A DNA stretch of 44,735 bases from Octopus sinensis (GCF_006345805.1 NW_021826263.1:1-44735); one strand, 5' to 3'. Positions 24,048-36,464 are shown, counted from the first letter of the stretch. Notes: generated by a model from the sequence alone, not told the origin. Made by a program: numbers and translations.

Positions 24048-24640
24048 ATGTTTGACTTTTGCTTTATATTTGTACAAGTTGGCTCCAAGTCTCACCCAGA
24101 GACCTCAAGAGACAACAGGTTGAAAGTCCATGTTGTTGTTATGCCTAGTGTGCCATATATTTTTTTTGGGGGGGGGGGGTTGTACTAATGAATGTCTAAA
24201 AAAAAAAATTATTATTTTTTTTTTTTTTTTAAACCGAAAATTATGTTTGTTTTAAATCTTGAGATTACGTAGAAAGTATTTTGCGTTGGATATGAGCAGT
24301 TCCCATGAGCACTATCTTTTGAATTTCTACCATTTTGGGGTTTCCTGGTATCTGAGTTAGGTAGCTATCAGCCCCTTTTGCTATCATTCCCAGGGCACCT
24401 ATGACAACAGGTATTGTTTTAGTCTTCAGGTTCCACATTTTGCTGATTTCTATTTCAAGATCTTTATATTTGCTCAGCTTTTGGTAGGTCTTGACAGATA
24501 CGTTTATATCGATTGGGAGTGGTGATAGTGAGTCACCCTGGAAAATGCCACATGAAATTTTTACATCATCAGCATTTAGAGATTCATTGTCACTGTTCAA
24601 AGTTAGTGTGGTTCTCCATGATCTCATACTTACAGACAAA
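24048..24640 (-). mobile_element. R4/Dong-type (RLE) LINE, internally deleted 3' fragment #1
   Basis: ORF 24265-24639 has GIFQGDSLSPL joined to KLSKYKDLEIEISKMW...PVVIGALG...TAHIQRKILS*. A 3' UTR follows and ends in a (TAA)n tail. Confidence 0.85.
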
Positions 24641-24710
24641 AAAGTTTCGTCCTGTTCTGTCCCTTTATGTAATCATGTGTGTCAGCCCTTGTGGCCAATA
24701 AAAAGAATTA

Positions 24711-24712
<2 letters not shown>
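24641..24712 (+). mobile_element. Short LINE-type 3' end similar to the Tx1-like tail at 35305-35337
   Basis: TGTGTGTCAGCCCTTGTGGCCAATAAAAAGAA versus TGTGTGCAGCCCTGTGTGGCGAATAAGAAA. Confidence 0.5.
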
Positions 24713-24761
<49 letters not shown>

Positions 24762-24774
24762 CTATTACTATTAA

Positions 24775-24816
<42 letters not shown>

Positions 24817-24821
24817 CATGT

Positions 24822-25010
24822 AAGTTGGCGAGCTGGCAGAATCGTTAGCACGCCGGGCGAAATGCTTTGCAGTTTTTCGTCTGCAACTACGTTCTCAGTT
24901 CAAGTTCCGCCGAAACACACTTTGCCTTTCATCCTTTCGGAGTCGATGAAATCGTTATAATTGACTAGCCCGCTTCCTCAAAATATCAGGCCTTGTGCCT
25001 ATAGTAGTAA
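24822..25010 (+). mobile_element. SINE family A
   Basis: GGCGAGCTGGCAGAATCGTTAGCACGCCGGGCGAAATGC...TTTGCCTTTCATCCTTTCGG...CCTTGTGCC. Confidence 0.85.
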
Positions 25011-25278
25011 GTATTTGAGCGTAGCTCCAGTTTAATCAGTTGTAGAAATGAGTTGCGACGTCATAGGTGCCAAACTGTATCGCCATTTCCCTTTCCTTGG
25101 GTAACACTGGTGGCGTGGAGAGGGGAGGCTGGTATGCATGAGCGACTGCCGGTCTTCCATAAACAACCTTGCGCGGACTTGTGCCTTGAAGGGTAACTTT
25201 CTAGGTACAATCTCATGGTCATTCATGACCGAAGGGGGTCCCAGCCCAGCTATTATTATGATTATTATTATTATTATT

Positions 25279-25346
<68 letters not shown>

Positions 25347-25349
<3 letters not shown>

Positions 25350-25870
25350 TAGTTTTATTTTTATAGCGTGCTTTCACTTCACTACCGAGCGCAGCTCTGT
25401 GTGCCTTGGGTATGTGCTGTGATTTGTTGTGATGCTCTGATGGTTATTGTATGGAAAGTGTTCTGCGTAGGATGTGTGCAGTGCTAGTAGTGCAATTTTC
25501 TGTATCTTATATGTGTTTGTAAGTCCTGGGTTTTTGTTATGTATTTGTCTGAATATTTTTTTATCTTGCCTAATGCACTACTATGATAGGAATTGTTTCT
25601 GTTTTCGGGTTCCACATTCTAGTTACCTCTATTTCCAGGTCTTTGTATTTTGAGAGTTTCTCCATTTCTTTTAGAGACACGTTGTCATCTGCCGGTATTG
25701 ATACATCAATTAGAAAGCATTTTTTTTCTTCATGATCTCTGACAACTATATCTGGTCTGTTGGCCTTAATTTCTCTATCTGTGTGTATTGGCATATCCCA
25801 GAGTATGGTTGCTTTCTCGTTTTCTGTGACCTTTTCTGGTGTGTGCCTATACCATCTTTTTTCTGTTGTT
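25347..25870 (-). mobile_element. R4/Dong-type LINE 3' fragment #2 (RLE domain plus 3' UTR)
   Basis: PEKVTENEKATILWDMPIHTDREIKANRPDIV...LIDVSIP...KEMEKLSKYKDL (PD...D...K restriction-like endonuclease). Ends in (TAA)n. Confidence 0.9.
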
Positions 25871-25929
25871 ATTCCATAATGTTGCGTTATTCCATAATAA
25901 CGTTATTATAGCGTTATTCCATAATGTTC

Positions 25930-25981
<52 letters not shown>

Positions 25982-26002
25982 ATTATTATTATTATTATTA
26001 TT

Positions 26003-26201
26003 AGAATCGTTAGTGCACTGGACGAAATGCTTAGCGGCATTTCGTCCGCCGTTATGTTCTGAGTTCCAATTCCACCGAGGTTGACTTTACCTTTCATCTT
26101 TTCAGGGTCGATAGAATAAGTACCAGCTCAAAACTTTGGTCGATGTAATCGACTTATGTCCTTCCCCAAAATTACTACCCTTGTGGCAAAACTTGAAACC
26201 A
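26003..26201 (+). mobile_element. SINE family A, 5'-truncated
   Basis: AGAATCGTTAG...ACGAAATGCTTAGCGGCATTTCGT hairpin...GAGTTCCAATTCC...AAACTTGAAACC, flanked by (ATT)n. Confidence 0.85.
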
Positions 26202-26374
26202 TTATTGTTATTATTATAGTTATTGTTTCTTTCCTTCTTTCTTCAAAAATTTCTTCCATTACTCGCCGAGTGTTTTCCGTACACCTAGGGCGGAGAAGCT
26301 TATTGTATGCATTGCCAGATTACACACGCAAATTCACGGGTAAAATATGTATTAAAAAAAAAATAATTAATAAA

Positions 26375-27677
26375 TAAATTCACGAATGGATGTTGTTTTC
26401 ACAGCAATAATGCTCTTCTCAGTACATGAGTCGTTCCAGTTAACACGATTTTTTGTACTTCCTGTAGGGATGGTAAGTCTGGAATCATTTTCAAATAGGT
26501 TTCAGTACCTTTTTTTTTATCATTCCTAGAAATCCTACAATCACTGGTACTGTAGTCGCCCTGAGATGCCACATTTATTCAATTTCTATTAGCAAGTCTT
26601 TATATTTACTAATCTTGTCAAATTCTTTCGCCGCTATATTGTGATCGCAAGGGATACTCATGTCAATTAATAAACACATCTTTTTTGTCTGATCTTTTAT
26701 AATAATATCCGGTTGATTAGCTTTTATAGTTTTGTTGGTATGTACAGGGAAGTCCCAGAGAAGCGACACATTTTCTTCCTCAGTCACAAGTTCAGGTTGG
26801 TGTTTATACCATTTGTCAGCGGTTTTGACTTTATAATACCGACATATTGTCCAATGTAAATACTGGCCGACTCTTTCATGGCTTGCTTTATATTCTACAG
26901 GTGCTAAGATTCTACACCCTGAGATTAGGTGGTCTATAGTTTCAATCTCATCTTACAGAATCGGCATTTTGGGTCAGTTCCATGTTTTATCACATTGGCT
27001 TTGTAGTTCCGGGTTAATAAGCTTTGGTCTTGAGCAGCTAATATGAAATCTTCACTCTCTACTTTTAGCCCTGATCTTCGTAACCATTGATGCTTGTGTT
27101 TCTGGTCGACTTCAGCTTGTTTGCTACGGGCCACATACTTGCCATGCAGAGGTTTCTGTTCCCATCTGCTAGCTAATTTTTCATGTGCTTTTGTCTTTGC
27201 AATTAATTTTCTTTTCTTTGCAGCAGCAGTTGGCGTATTTCCTTCAACCTGATCAATCTGGTAGGTATCTAAGAGATAATAGCGAATTTTTTGCTCTCTT
27301 TCAGAATAGTGTGAAGTTTTTCCGGTCTTTCATGTTTTTCAACAAGTTTTAGCATCCAATCGTTGGTTGTTTCAGGGTATTTTGCCAGTCCGATTGTGGT
27401 GGTTTTGTACGTAAGTTCACGCTGGATCGAGCCTCGACCTCCCTGAGCTCTGGGAAGATAAAGACGATCCACGTCTGCCTTTGGATGGTGCATCTTATTA
27501 CAAGTCAGTAGCTTGCGGATTTTTCTGTCAATTTTCATTATTTCATTGATATTCCAGTTAAGCACATTGAAGCTATAAAGAATAACTGGGGCTGCTATGG
27601 AATTTATGGTTAACACCTTATACGCATTCACCTCAGAATTAAGGACTGCTCGAACTCTTCTATAACATTCCTTCAAC
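26375..27677 (-). pseudogene. R4/Dong-type LINE fragment #3 (RT C-terminus, CCHC knuckle, RLE)
   Basis: KADVDRLYLPRAQGGRG, ILAAQDQ, CRFC...ETIDHLISGC, LLWDFPVHTNKTIKANQPDII...LIDMSIP...KYKDL, with stops and frameshifts. Confidence 0.9.
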
Positions 27678-28126
27678 TTCCTGCATGGACGGTAAGCCAG
27701 GGATCATTCTTAAATAATTTTCGGTTAATTTTTTTATCATTCCAAGTACTCCTACAATCATTGGTGTTGTAACCATCTTGAGATATCACATCTTTTCGAT
27801 TTCGATTATCAAATCTTTATATTTTTTGAGCTTATCAAATTCTTTTGCCGAAATATTATGGTCACAGGGTATGCTCATGTCAATCAATAAACAGACTATT
27901 GTTTTGATCTTTCGCAACAATATCTAGTTTATTTGTTTCCATGGTCAGATCTGTACATATTGGCAAGTCCCAAAATATTATTACGTTTTCTCCCTCAGTT
28001 ACAGCTTCAGGGTGATGTTTGTACCATTCCATCTGTAAGCAGTTTCGGTTTTATAATGCTGACACATTATCCAATGTATATACTGGCCAACTCTGTCATG
28101 TCTTGATTTGTATTCTACAGGAATTA
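27678..28126 (-). pseudogene. R4/Dong-type LINE fragment #4 (RLE), fused head-to-tail to #3
   Basis: PVEYKSRHDRVGQYIHW...FWDLPICTD...LIDMSIPCDHNISAKEFDKL.KYKDL...IPGLPSMQEV, then directly KECYRRVRAVL of #3. Confidence 0.8.
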
Positions 28127-28152
28127 ATATATAAGTTCCATTCTAGCAAAAA

Positions 28153-28190
28153 CTGTCTGATGAACGGCAACGAGAAACTCAGAGTAACAG
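28153..28190 (+). ncRNA. Type I hammerhead motif (HH-A) with canonical core
   Basis: CTGT-CTGATGA-ACG gcaa CGA-GAAAC-tcaga-GTA-ACAG. Predicted cleavage is after GUA at 28186. The HH-A tail continues to ~28226, then (TA)n. Confidence 0.7.
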
Positions 28191-28223
28191 ATTTTGTTGA
28201 ATTTTCTGCTGCTTAAAAATAAA

Positions 28224-28267
<44 letters not shown>

Positions 28268-28388
28268 ATATATATCAACATATATATATATGTATATATA
28301 TACAGAGATGTACTCCCATAGCAAGTGATTTGATTTGAGATCGTGTGCTGATACACATATATGTATATATATACACGATATAGTATAT

Positions 28389-28436
<48 letters not shown>

Positions 28437-28494
28437 CATACACACATATATTCATCTATATATATAGGTATAAGTATGTATTATCTATGTGGTG

Positions 28495-28685
28495 CGACTT
28501 CGTGTTTGTCCCCCTAACGGTATTATTCTGTTATGTCTCTGTAATTTAGCAGGTCAGCAAAAGTGACGATAGAATAAGTACTAGACTTAAAATGCATAAC
28601 TGTTGATCGATTTGCTGCTTGTACCACTAAAAAAAGGAGGCCCCATTATGGCTGCAAACCAATGACTACAAGAAGTAAAAGGTAA
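28495..28685 (+). mobile_element. SINE family B 3' half, degenerate
   Basis: GTGTTTGTCCCC...GATAGAATAAGTACTAG...ATGGCTGCA...AAGTAAAAG aligns to 43640-43841. Confidence 0.65.
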
Positions 28686-29386
28686 AATATAATTCTATGT
28701 CCACCGTTTTCTCTTTCCTTGTTTTATTATTGGAAAACTTAGATAAGAAACTCATTGTTTCGGTATTTACTGAAAATAGCAAAAACATTTTATTACAAAA
28801 CGTATTAAAGAAAATCTCTTACCCTATGCAATGAAAAAGTTGTCAAATACATCAGATCCGTTTTTATTGTCCAAACAATTCTTGCCATAGAAATTTTGTT
28901 TAAATCTCCAGGAACCAACTTTGTGAAAAGAACGACTTCTATATATCTCAGAAAATTGTTGATAGACTAACGTGGCATATAGGAATTCCATTTTATAAGT
29001 TACTTGATAACTTAAAAATAATCAATTGATGTTTTGAGTTTGAAGTTTTCAACATAAGTATGAAATTTAGCAACAATGTTATAACTAAAAAAAAGGGTAA
29101 AAATATATTTTATATATATTAAAACAAAAGAGTTATTAAAATAAATAGCAATATTTCCAATAATGAAACCAAATAAAGGAAACACAATTAGGACCTCGAA
29201 TAGTCAATAGTATTCGTGAACGAATGCCTTACAAGTTATCAAGTGTTTGTTTCGTCATATTTAGTGAAAATAAATTTTCAATACATTTTTAGAATTTACC
29301 GTCGCATTCAAAGTAAAATCTTCAATCAAAGTAGACAGCTTTAATTTAAAGCTAAAGCTGTATCACAGTAAACACTGGTTTCTGTA

Positions 29387-29444
<58 letters not shown>

Positions 29445-29505
29445 TATTACATATATATATATATAATATACATACGTACATACACACATATATATATATA
29501 TATGT

Positions 29506-29560
<55 letters not shown>

Positions 29561-29573
29561 ATATATATAATAT

Positions 29574-29655
<82 letters not shown>

Positions 29656-29792
29656 GTGTATGAAGATATATAGGTAAAATGGTGGCATATATGGCGCATG
29701 TATGTCTGCATAACCTTATTTGTGAATATACATATTTGACGTGAGAACAGATAAATCAATTGGTGGCTGAAAGGGAGATAAGAAAACGGCTA

Positions 29793-29846
<54 letters not shown>

Positions 29847-30379
29847 ATATATATATATATATATATAATTGTATGTGTATATATATGTATATATATATAT
29901 ATATATAATATATAATATAATATATATATATATATATATATAGTACATATACTGAGGTAACTACATAGAAAGATAGATAAGATTTTGTAAAATATAGACA
30001 TAAAATCTCAAAGGAGTTTTCATAATATAATAAGCTTGATATACTATATAATATATGAAACTTTAATTTTTATATAAGATAACTTTTCTTTTGTTTAAAT
30101 CATATTCATGAATTGTTGAACTAAAATAACAAACGTTCTGAAATCTTTTCAATTAGTTACATCTTCTTAACAGTCTCGGTCTTCTCAAAACACGTAATTT
30201 TGTTATAGACATTTTCTTCCGAAAGAACGTTTTTGTAGACGTGTGTGATTGTGTAACTATTTATGTGCACAAACGTATATGTATGTATATTATATATATA
30301 TTATAATATATAATATATATATATATATGTATATATATATTATATATATTATATATATATATATATATATTCTAGCAAA

Positions 30380-30560
30380 CATATAGCTGGACTTGAAAGG
30401 TAAGCCGAACACCGAATGGATGGCAACATTCTTCCCAAACAACTTTGTGTGGTGAAGATGTGGATGTCTTCAGAGAACTTCAGCACAAATTTTCATGAAA
30501 GCGTACCGCGATCGGAATCACAACGCTCTCTTTGAACTGAAGCATATAGAAAACGAACTC
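30380..30560 (+). mobile_element. Possible RTE-clade LINE C-terminal remnant
   Basis: HRMDGNILPKQL resembles the RTE R(M)...R.PKQLLYGEL motif. Nothing else is recognisable. Confidence 0.3.
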
Positions 30561-31099
30561 ACTGAACTCTGGGCAAAGCCAGCTATATACGTATACGTAT
30601 ATATATATAAAGCCAGCATATATATATATACGGCATATGTAGCTTGCGGATCCTCTGATGTAATAATTACTCAACTTGGGCTACTCAGCTAGGTACTTAT
30701 TAGGCCGAAGATACCTTAATTACATGAAGATTACATTGTCGATTGAGAATCTTATAATTAAGTTATCATCCGCCTTATAAATAACTGACTGAGTACCCGT
30801 CGTTGAGTAATTTTTACATCAGTGCATCTGCTAGCTACTAAACATATGTAATTACGATATTACTAGCTGCATTTCTTCAATTTGAAATTTCATTTGCAAC
30901 TACAATTCACAGCAACTATACTTAGTAACTGTGAGCTATACATTTTTCAATTTGTCGAATTTCGCTATAGGAACACCTCGCAAGCTTTGACACCAATAAA
31001 TTCTTATTGTTCTTGAACGTTGTATTTTTATACCTGCGACGGATTGTTCGAAGATTACAAACTTCCTACACTTAGATACTTGGAGCCTACATATATGTT

Positions 31100-31130
<31 letters not shown>

Positions 31131-31232
31131 GATATATATATGTCTTTATACATTAACATATTTATTTCTACATTCATTCTCCAATTTCCCTATATACTCC
31201 ATATTTGCTTCCTTTTACAGCCATCTCACATC

Positions 31233-31280
31233 GTCTCTGAAGAAGGGATATCCCTAATATCCCAGAAACAGTTGTAACCC
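31233..31280 (+). ncRNA. Degenerate type I hammerhead motif, family HH-D
   Basis: GTCT-CTGAAGA-A-GGGATAT cccta ATATCCC-a-GAAAC-agtt-GTA-accc. Stem II is a perfect 7 bp; stem I is broken. Confidence 0.55.
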
Positions 31281-31446
31281 CCTCTTTATATCCTGAAAAT
31301 TCCACAGAGCCTTCGCTTTGTTGTCTCATTTTATTTAACAGCCCCCATACATACATACATACATACATACATACATACATACATACATCATACATACATA
31401 CATACACACATATATACACACATACATACATATATATATATATTAG

Positions 31447-31483
<37 letters not shown>

Positions 31484-32121
31484 CATAATTAATCAATATA
31501 GGGTGGCAAAAAAAAAAAATTTTGTAGAATTTTTCTGCCACCAGCGGCCTAGTGGGGAAAAATTAAATAGTCATAGACCATTTTTAAGTTCAACATCAAC
31601 AATCAAGGAACGGCCATAATAGGCCATTCACCCACTAGAATAACAGCCAAAGCTTCAACCGCAAATAAAAATCAATTCCGTAAACAGGAGAAAATTTAAA
31701 AAACATTTACCCTGTAATTTCTTATACGATGCACCGTTTCATCTGCTGTTTAATGGTAAACTAACCTGATTAAATTAAATCAAGCCAATCTTCCATAGGC
31801 CCTCAGATTCTTCAGTAAGTGTGAGTGTATATATATGTATATATATACATATATATATACACTCACACGCACTCTAGGAAACATATATATGTAGATAAAG
31901 TCGAAAAAGTAGTATTCTAATACCACAGATAGAGTAAAATATGTTATTAAGGCTGAAGTGAACTTCACATAGGGTTTACGTAACCAGTCATCAAAGAGTT
32001 CTAATAATTTAAACTAATATCATATCTTTTTTAGAATTATCACAACTAACTGCTGAACTGTTATGTAAGCTTAACTTTGAGTAACAGTTTGGAAAGGAGA
32101 TTTTTGCTTCGTTAAGATCCT

Positions 32122-32158
<37 letters not shown>

Positions 32159-32279
32159 CATGCATACATACACACCAATACATATACATATATAACTGTG
32201 TATAACATACAGGCTCACATACACATACATATATATATGCATGAGTGTGTGTGGGTATATATATATATATAGGAATAGA

Positions 32280-32323
32280 TAAATATATAGATAAATAGAT
32301 TGATAGATAGATAAATAGATAGA

Positions 32324-32369
<46 letters not shown>

Positions 32370-32388
32370 TACAGACAGACAGACAGAC

Positions 32389-32427
<39 letters not shown>

Positions 32428-32448
32428 AAGACAGACAGACAGACAGAC

Positions 32449-32544
<96 letters not shown>

Positions 32545-32545
32545 G
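32280..32545. repeat. (AGAT)n/(AGAC)n compound tetranucleotide array
   Basis: Seen directly. Confidence 0.95.
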
Positions 32546-33281
32546 TCGATATGCAATTTATTTTACTGGTTCGAATTATTGGGTAGCGACACACTCAAGC
32601 AATTCAGTGAGCCGAACGATTGGGGGATAATTAACATGTTCACGCCGGTACTTATTAATTTTTGGTATTATTGTATTGTCCTCGATTGGTTCCAAATCCC
32701 CTAATTTGGAGCAACATTAATCTGTATTGATCGGCGAAGTTGTGTCTCACTTAAATATACAAGCACAATGATGGATATAAGTTCACGTACACATGCACAA
32801 ATAAAGGCCGAGATTTTCGAGAGATAGCTGTTACCAAACGTTGATTAGTACTGACGCACGAAACTCTCGGCACGAGAGCCGCTCTGTTGCTTCTACTAAA
32901 TATTTTTTATTTAATTTGCTTTGCGGGAAGGACTTTCAGCGTAGTCGTGTTCTGTCCTCACCTTCGAAACACGCAATGAGTCGAAACAGGGGCAGCTGAA
33001 GAAGAGGAATGCCACTTGTGTTGTTTGTCTTGTACTCTGTCTTTCCGTTGTTAAAAAAGTCCGTTTCCTTGTTTTGTTTTTATGTTTTCTTTTCTCGTTG
33101 TGTTCTACGTTTATTTGTAGTGTCCTGTACCCATATATGCATCTATATATACATATAGATGTAGGTATGTACATATATGTATGTATGCATATGTTTTATC
33201 TATTAAATTGTTATTATATGATTGAACGCACGCGTCATTTCTTCCAAGTAAGTTTTATATATATATATATATAAATATATA

Positions 33282-33317
<36 letters not shown>

Positions 33318-34184
33318 ATATAATATTATGTATGTATGTATGTATGTATGTATATACATACATACATGACACAGATTTGAGCTCTCTTATGTATGTCTCT
33401 ATTGTGAATGTCTGTAAATATAAGTGTAATGTGATGATACAGATGGAAGTAATATTGCGCCTTGTAAAGAGAAATAGAAATAGCTATGTAGGAATATCAG
33501 TTGTTACTGAGGGACAGACAGACAGTTAAACTGTCAGACAGATAGATTCATAAACAGCTGTTGAGTACCAACGTAAATTTCTCGACTGGTTCACCATAAT
33601 TCTAGACCAGACAACATTCGATGTAGTTTAATATTTTAAATAATATATCTAACTTTATTTCGCAAAAAATCACTTTTTATTTGTTAAAAACATTTTTATA
33701 AGTTGTCGAAATGAAAAAAAATTTAAATCCTGAACTTTCAATAAATTAAATCTCGCTCACAGTTTCAGGGCGTTTTCAAAAAATGTCATCTTACTATAGA
33801 CATTATTTATGAAAAAAAAAAAGTTCCTTACCTAGTCATTTATTCATCTAATATTTATTTCATATCTAAGCCGCTTATAATTTTGTACTTTTCTTTTTCT
33901 TCTGCTTAAAATATTGGTTTCATTTTTTTCCCTCGATATTGTCTCGAATTGTTTTTTAACATTGGTTTCATTGCTTCATATATTTCTCTTTGTTTAGATG
34001 CTATATATTTCGCTTTATATTTCAATTATTTAAAAAAGTTAACTGTGAGTTCTTCTTTAGATGCAAGTGTAAAACTTCTATGTACCTGTCATTTCCTGCT
34101 TATATATAGTAACATCATTTATCATGTGTCTGCACTCCTACTCACACTTCTTCCTAGATTTCACATAATGCATATTCATTGATG

Positions 34185-34256
<72 letters not shown>
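34185..34256. repeat. (TCTA)n abutting the 5' junction of the Tx1-like LINE
   Basis: Seen directly. Confidence 0.95.
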
Positions 34257-35337
34257 CCGCGAGTGTCGCGTTGCTCTCAAGCAACTCTGCCGTCCTGGGT
34301 CGACCTTAAGTGACTTCAACACAACCAAAGCATTCTATAGGGGTTTAGTGGAGGGGAGGTACGACGACGGGCGGGGCGACCTGGACGTCGACGAGGAGTA
34401 CCTGACCGCCTGTTCGGGACGACTTTCGGGCCAGGGCCCATGGACAACTTCCAGAGACCTGGCCTAGCAGTGCTACCGAGAAGCGCTACCCGTTCGGGAT
34501 AAGCTCTACAGACACGGCTCGAGAAACACGGGCCGACTGCCCGAGATGCGGTCAGAGCGACGAACCGTTCTGCACGCACTCGTTCAGTGCCAACAATTTC
34601 CGACCTGTGGGCTTATGTCGAACAACTGCTGTCACGTGTGGGACGAGTCGGTTTATCAGCTGAGTCTATCGTCAATATGTCACGCCTCCTTCCTTCAAAC
34701 GGGAAGGAAGAGCTATTTTCATCATCCGTGGCTATGGCGAAAGAATGTATCTGGTGGACGCGTCTGAAAGGATTGGAGACAAACACTTTCCTCTCTGGTC
34801 AATCTCTCATCAACTTCTTCAAGTACCCTTGAAAAGGAAAGTGAGAGTAGAGAGGCAAGTTTGGTCTAGCGAATATTTTAAAAAAGATGGGTGAATGTAG
34901 CAAGAATGGCACGTATGAATGACGAAGCCACCTTGAGCATAGTCCTATGAACCCAGAAATCGAAAACAGAGAGTTGCTTATTTGCAAAAAAAAAAAAAAA
35001 AAGAAAGAAATATAAAATGTGACTTCATTGACCGTGGTCTTTTCCGTAGGTTTTCTTCCACGGGTAAACCTCACCTGTCCTCCCCTTTACACTTCATATT
35101 GACATTTCTGTGATAAACGATCCCTATTGATCAATTTTTTTTCTCTCTCCCCCTTTTTTTTTTTTTTTTTTTTTTTAACCCCCCCTTTTTTTGTCCTCTT
35201 TCTCTCCTTTTACGATCCCTTTGATCGAAACTCCCCCTTCCTTTTTTTTTTTTTTTTTTAAACCTTCAAAAAGAAAAGCTCTACCTTGTAATTTGTTCTA
35301 TCTGTGTGCAGCCCTGTGTGGCGAATAAGAAACATAT
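34257..35337 (+). mobile_element. Tx1/L1-group LINE, 5'-truncated: ORF2 C-terminus with zinc knuckle plus 3' UTR
   Basis: GC-rich. DKLYRHGSRNTG..CPRCGQSDE/TVLHALVQC (C-C-H-C from 34538), LWAYVEQLLSR, AMAKECIWWTR, with frameshifts. The UTR has A and T/C tracts and ends CAGCCCTGTGTGGCGAATAAGAAA. Confidence 0.8.
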
Positions 35338-35339
35338 CT

Positions 35340-35541
35340 ATACCGGAATAAGACATAAATATGAAACAAGGTGGAAAAAAGGTACTTAAATACTAGAGGT
35401 CGAGTAATATACTTTATTTAAAGCAGCAGAAATATAATAAAAGCTGTTACTCAGAGTTTCACGTTCCCATTCATCGGGCCGACGACGGGAACGTGAAACT
35501 CTGAGTACAGCTTTTGCTATATTTCTGCTGCTTTTAATAAA

Positions 35542-35547
<6 letters not shown>
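35340..35547. mobile_element. HH-A element with head-to-head palindrome (arms ~35409-35477 and 35479-35547)
   Basis: ...CTGTTACTCAGAGTTTCACGTTCCCATTCATCGG-G-CCGACGACGGGAACGTGAAACTCTGAGTACAG... The left copy keeps the longer tail. Confidence 0.75.
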
Positions 35548-35618
<71 letters not shown>

Positions 35619-35673
35619 TGTATATATATATAGATATATATAATATAATATATATATATATATGTATACATAT

Positions 35674-35713
<40 letters not shown>

Positions 35714-36126
35714 ATATATATATATATATTATATATATATATAAGCTTGTATATAACTTATCATAAAAAAAATTTATATGATTTAGCAAACTAAAAGATA
35801 TCAATATTTATACATTCACAAGTTCTCAGTTTTGACAACAATATCCAAAGCATTTTTATATAAATGTTTCGTTTCTTCATAATACATTTCCTCATTATTT
35901 CGCTTATATAATGTTTTAAATGCTAGTTTTTCGGATTCCATCATTTCAGGAGACGATAATAGGTTTATACTGAATAAGTTTTAATGTTTGCAACTAATGT
36001 TCAGCTCTTTCCTTTTTTTTGCTTTGTGAATATAATTGCTAGAAGGGGTAAATCTTAAATCGTTTTTGCGATTTCTTGTCTCTATCTTAGTCATATGTAT
36101 GTATGTACGTATGTGTATATATATAT

Positions 36127-36170
<44 letters not shown>

Positions 36171-36464
36171 CATATATTATATATATATAATGTATATATT
36201 TATATATATGTGCGTTGTGTGTGTATACATGAATGTTTGTTGGAATATATATACACACATATATGTATATACATATGTATATATTATATGCAATATATAT
36301 GTTTTATATATGTATATATATATACACGTTATTATATGCGCATTCAATATGTGTGTATGCGTGTGTGCGTGTACATACACACAGACACACACACATATAT
36401 ATATAGATATATATATGCAATTTTAGAGATAATCATATATGCGTTGTGTCTACATATATATATA

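Noticed and set aside
31498-31545. GGTGGCAAAA...TTTTCTGCCACC hairpin as a transposon end or terminator
   Set aside because: Short and interrupted by a homopolymer, and no matching second terminus was found.
32960-33020. CTGAAGAAGAGG with nearby GAAAC as a hammerhead
   Set aside because: The GAAAC elements lie upstream and no stem II or stem I can be built in any permutation.
34316-34579. GC-rich minus-strand ORF or CpG-island promoter
   Set aside because: It is the antisense of the Tx1-like LINE ORF2 remnant.
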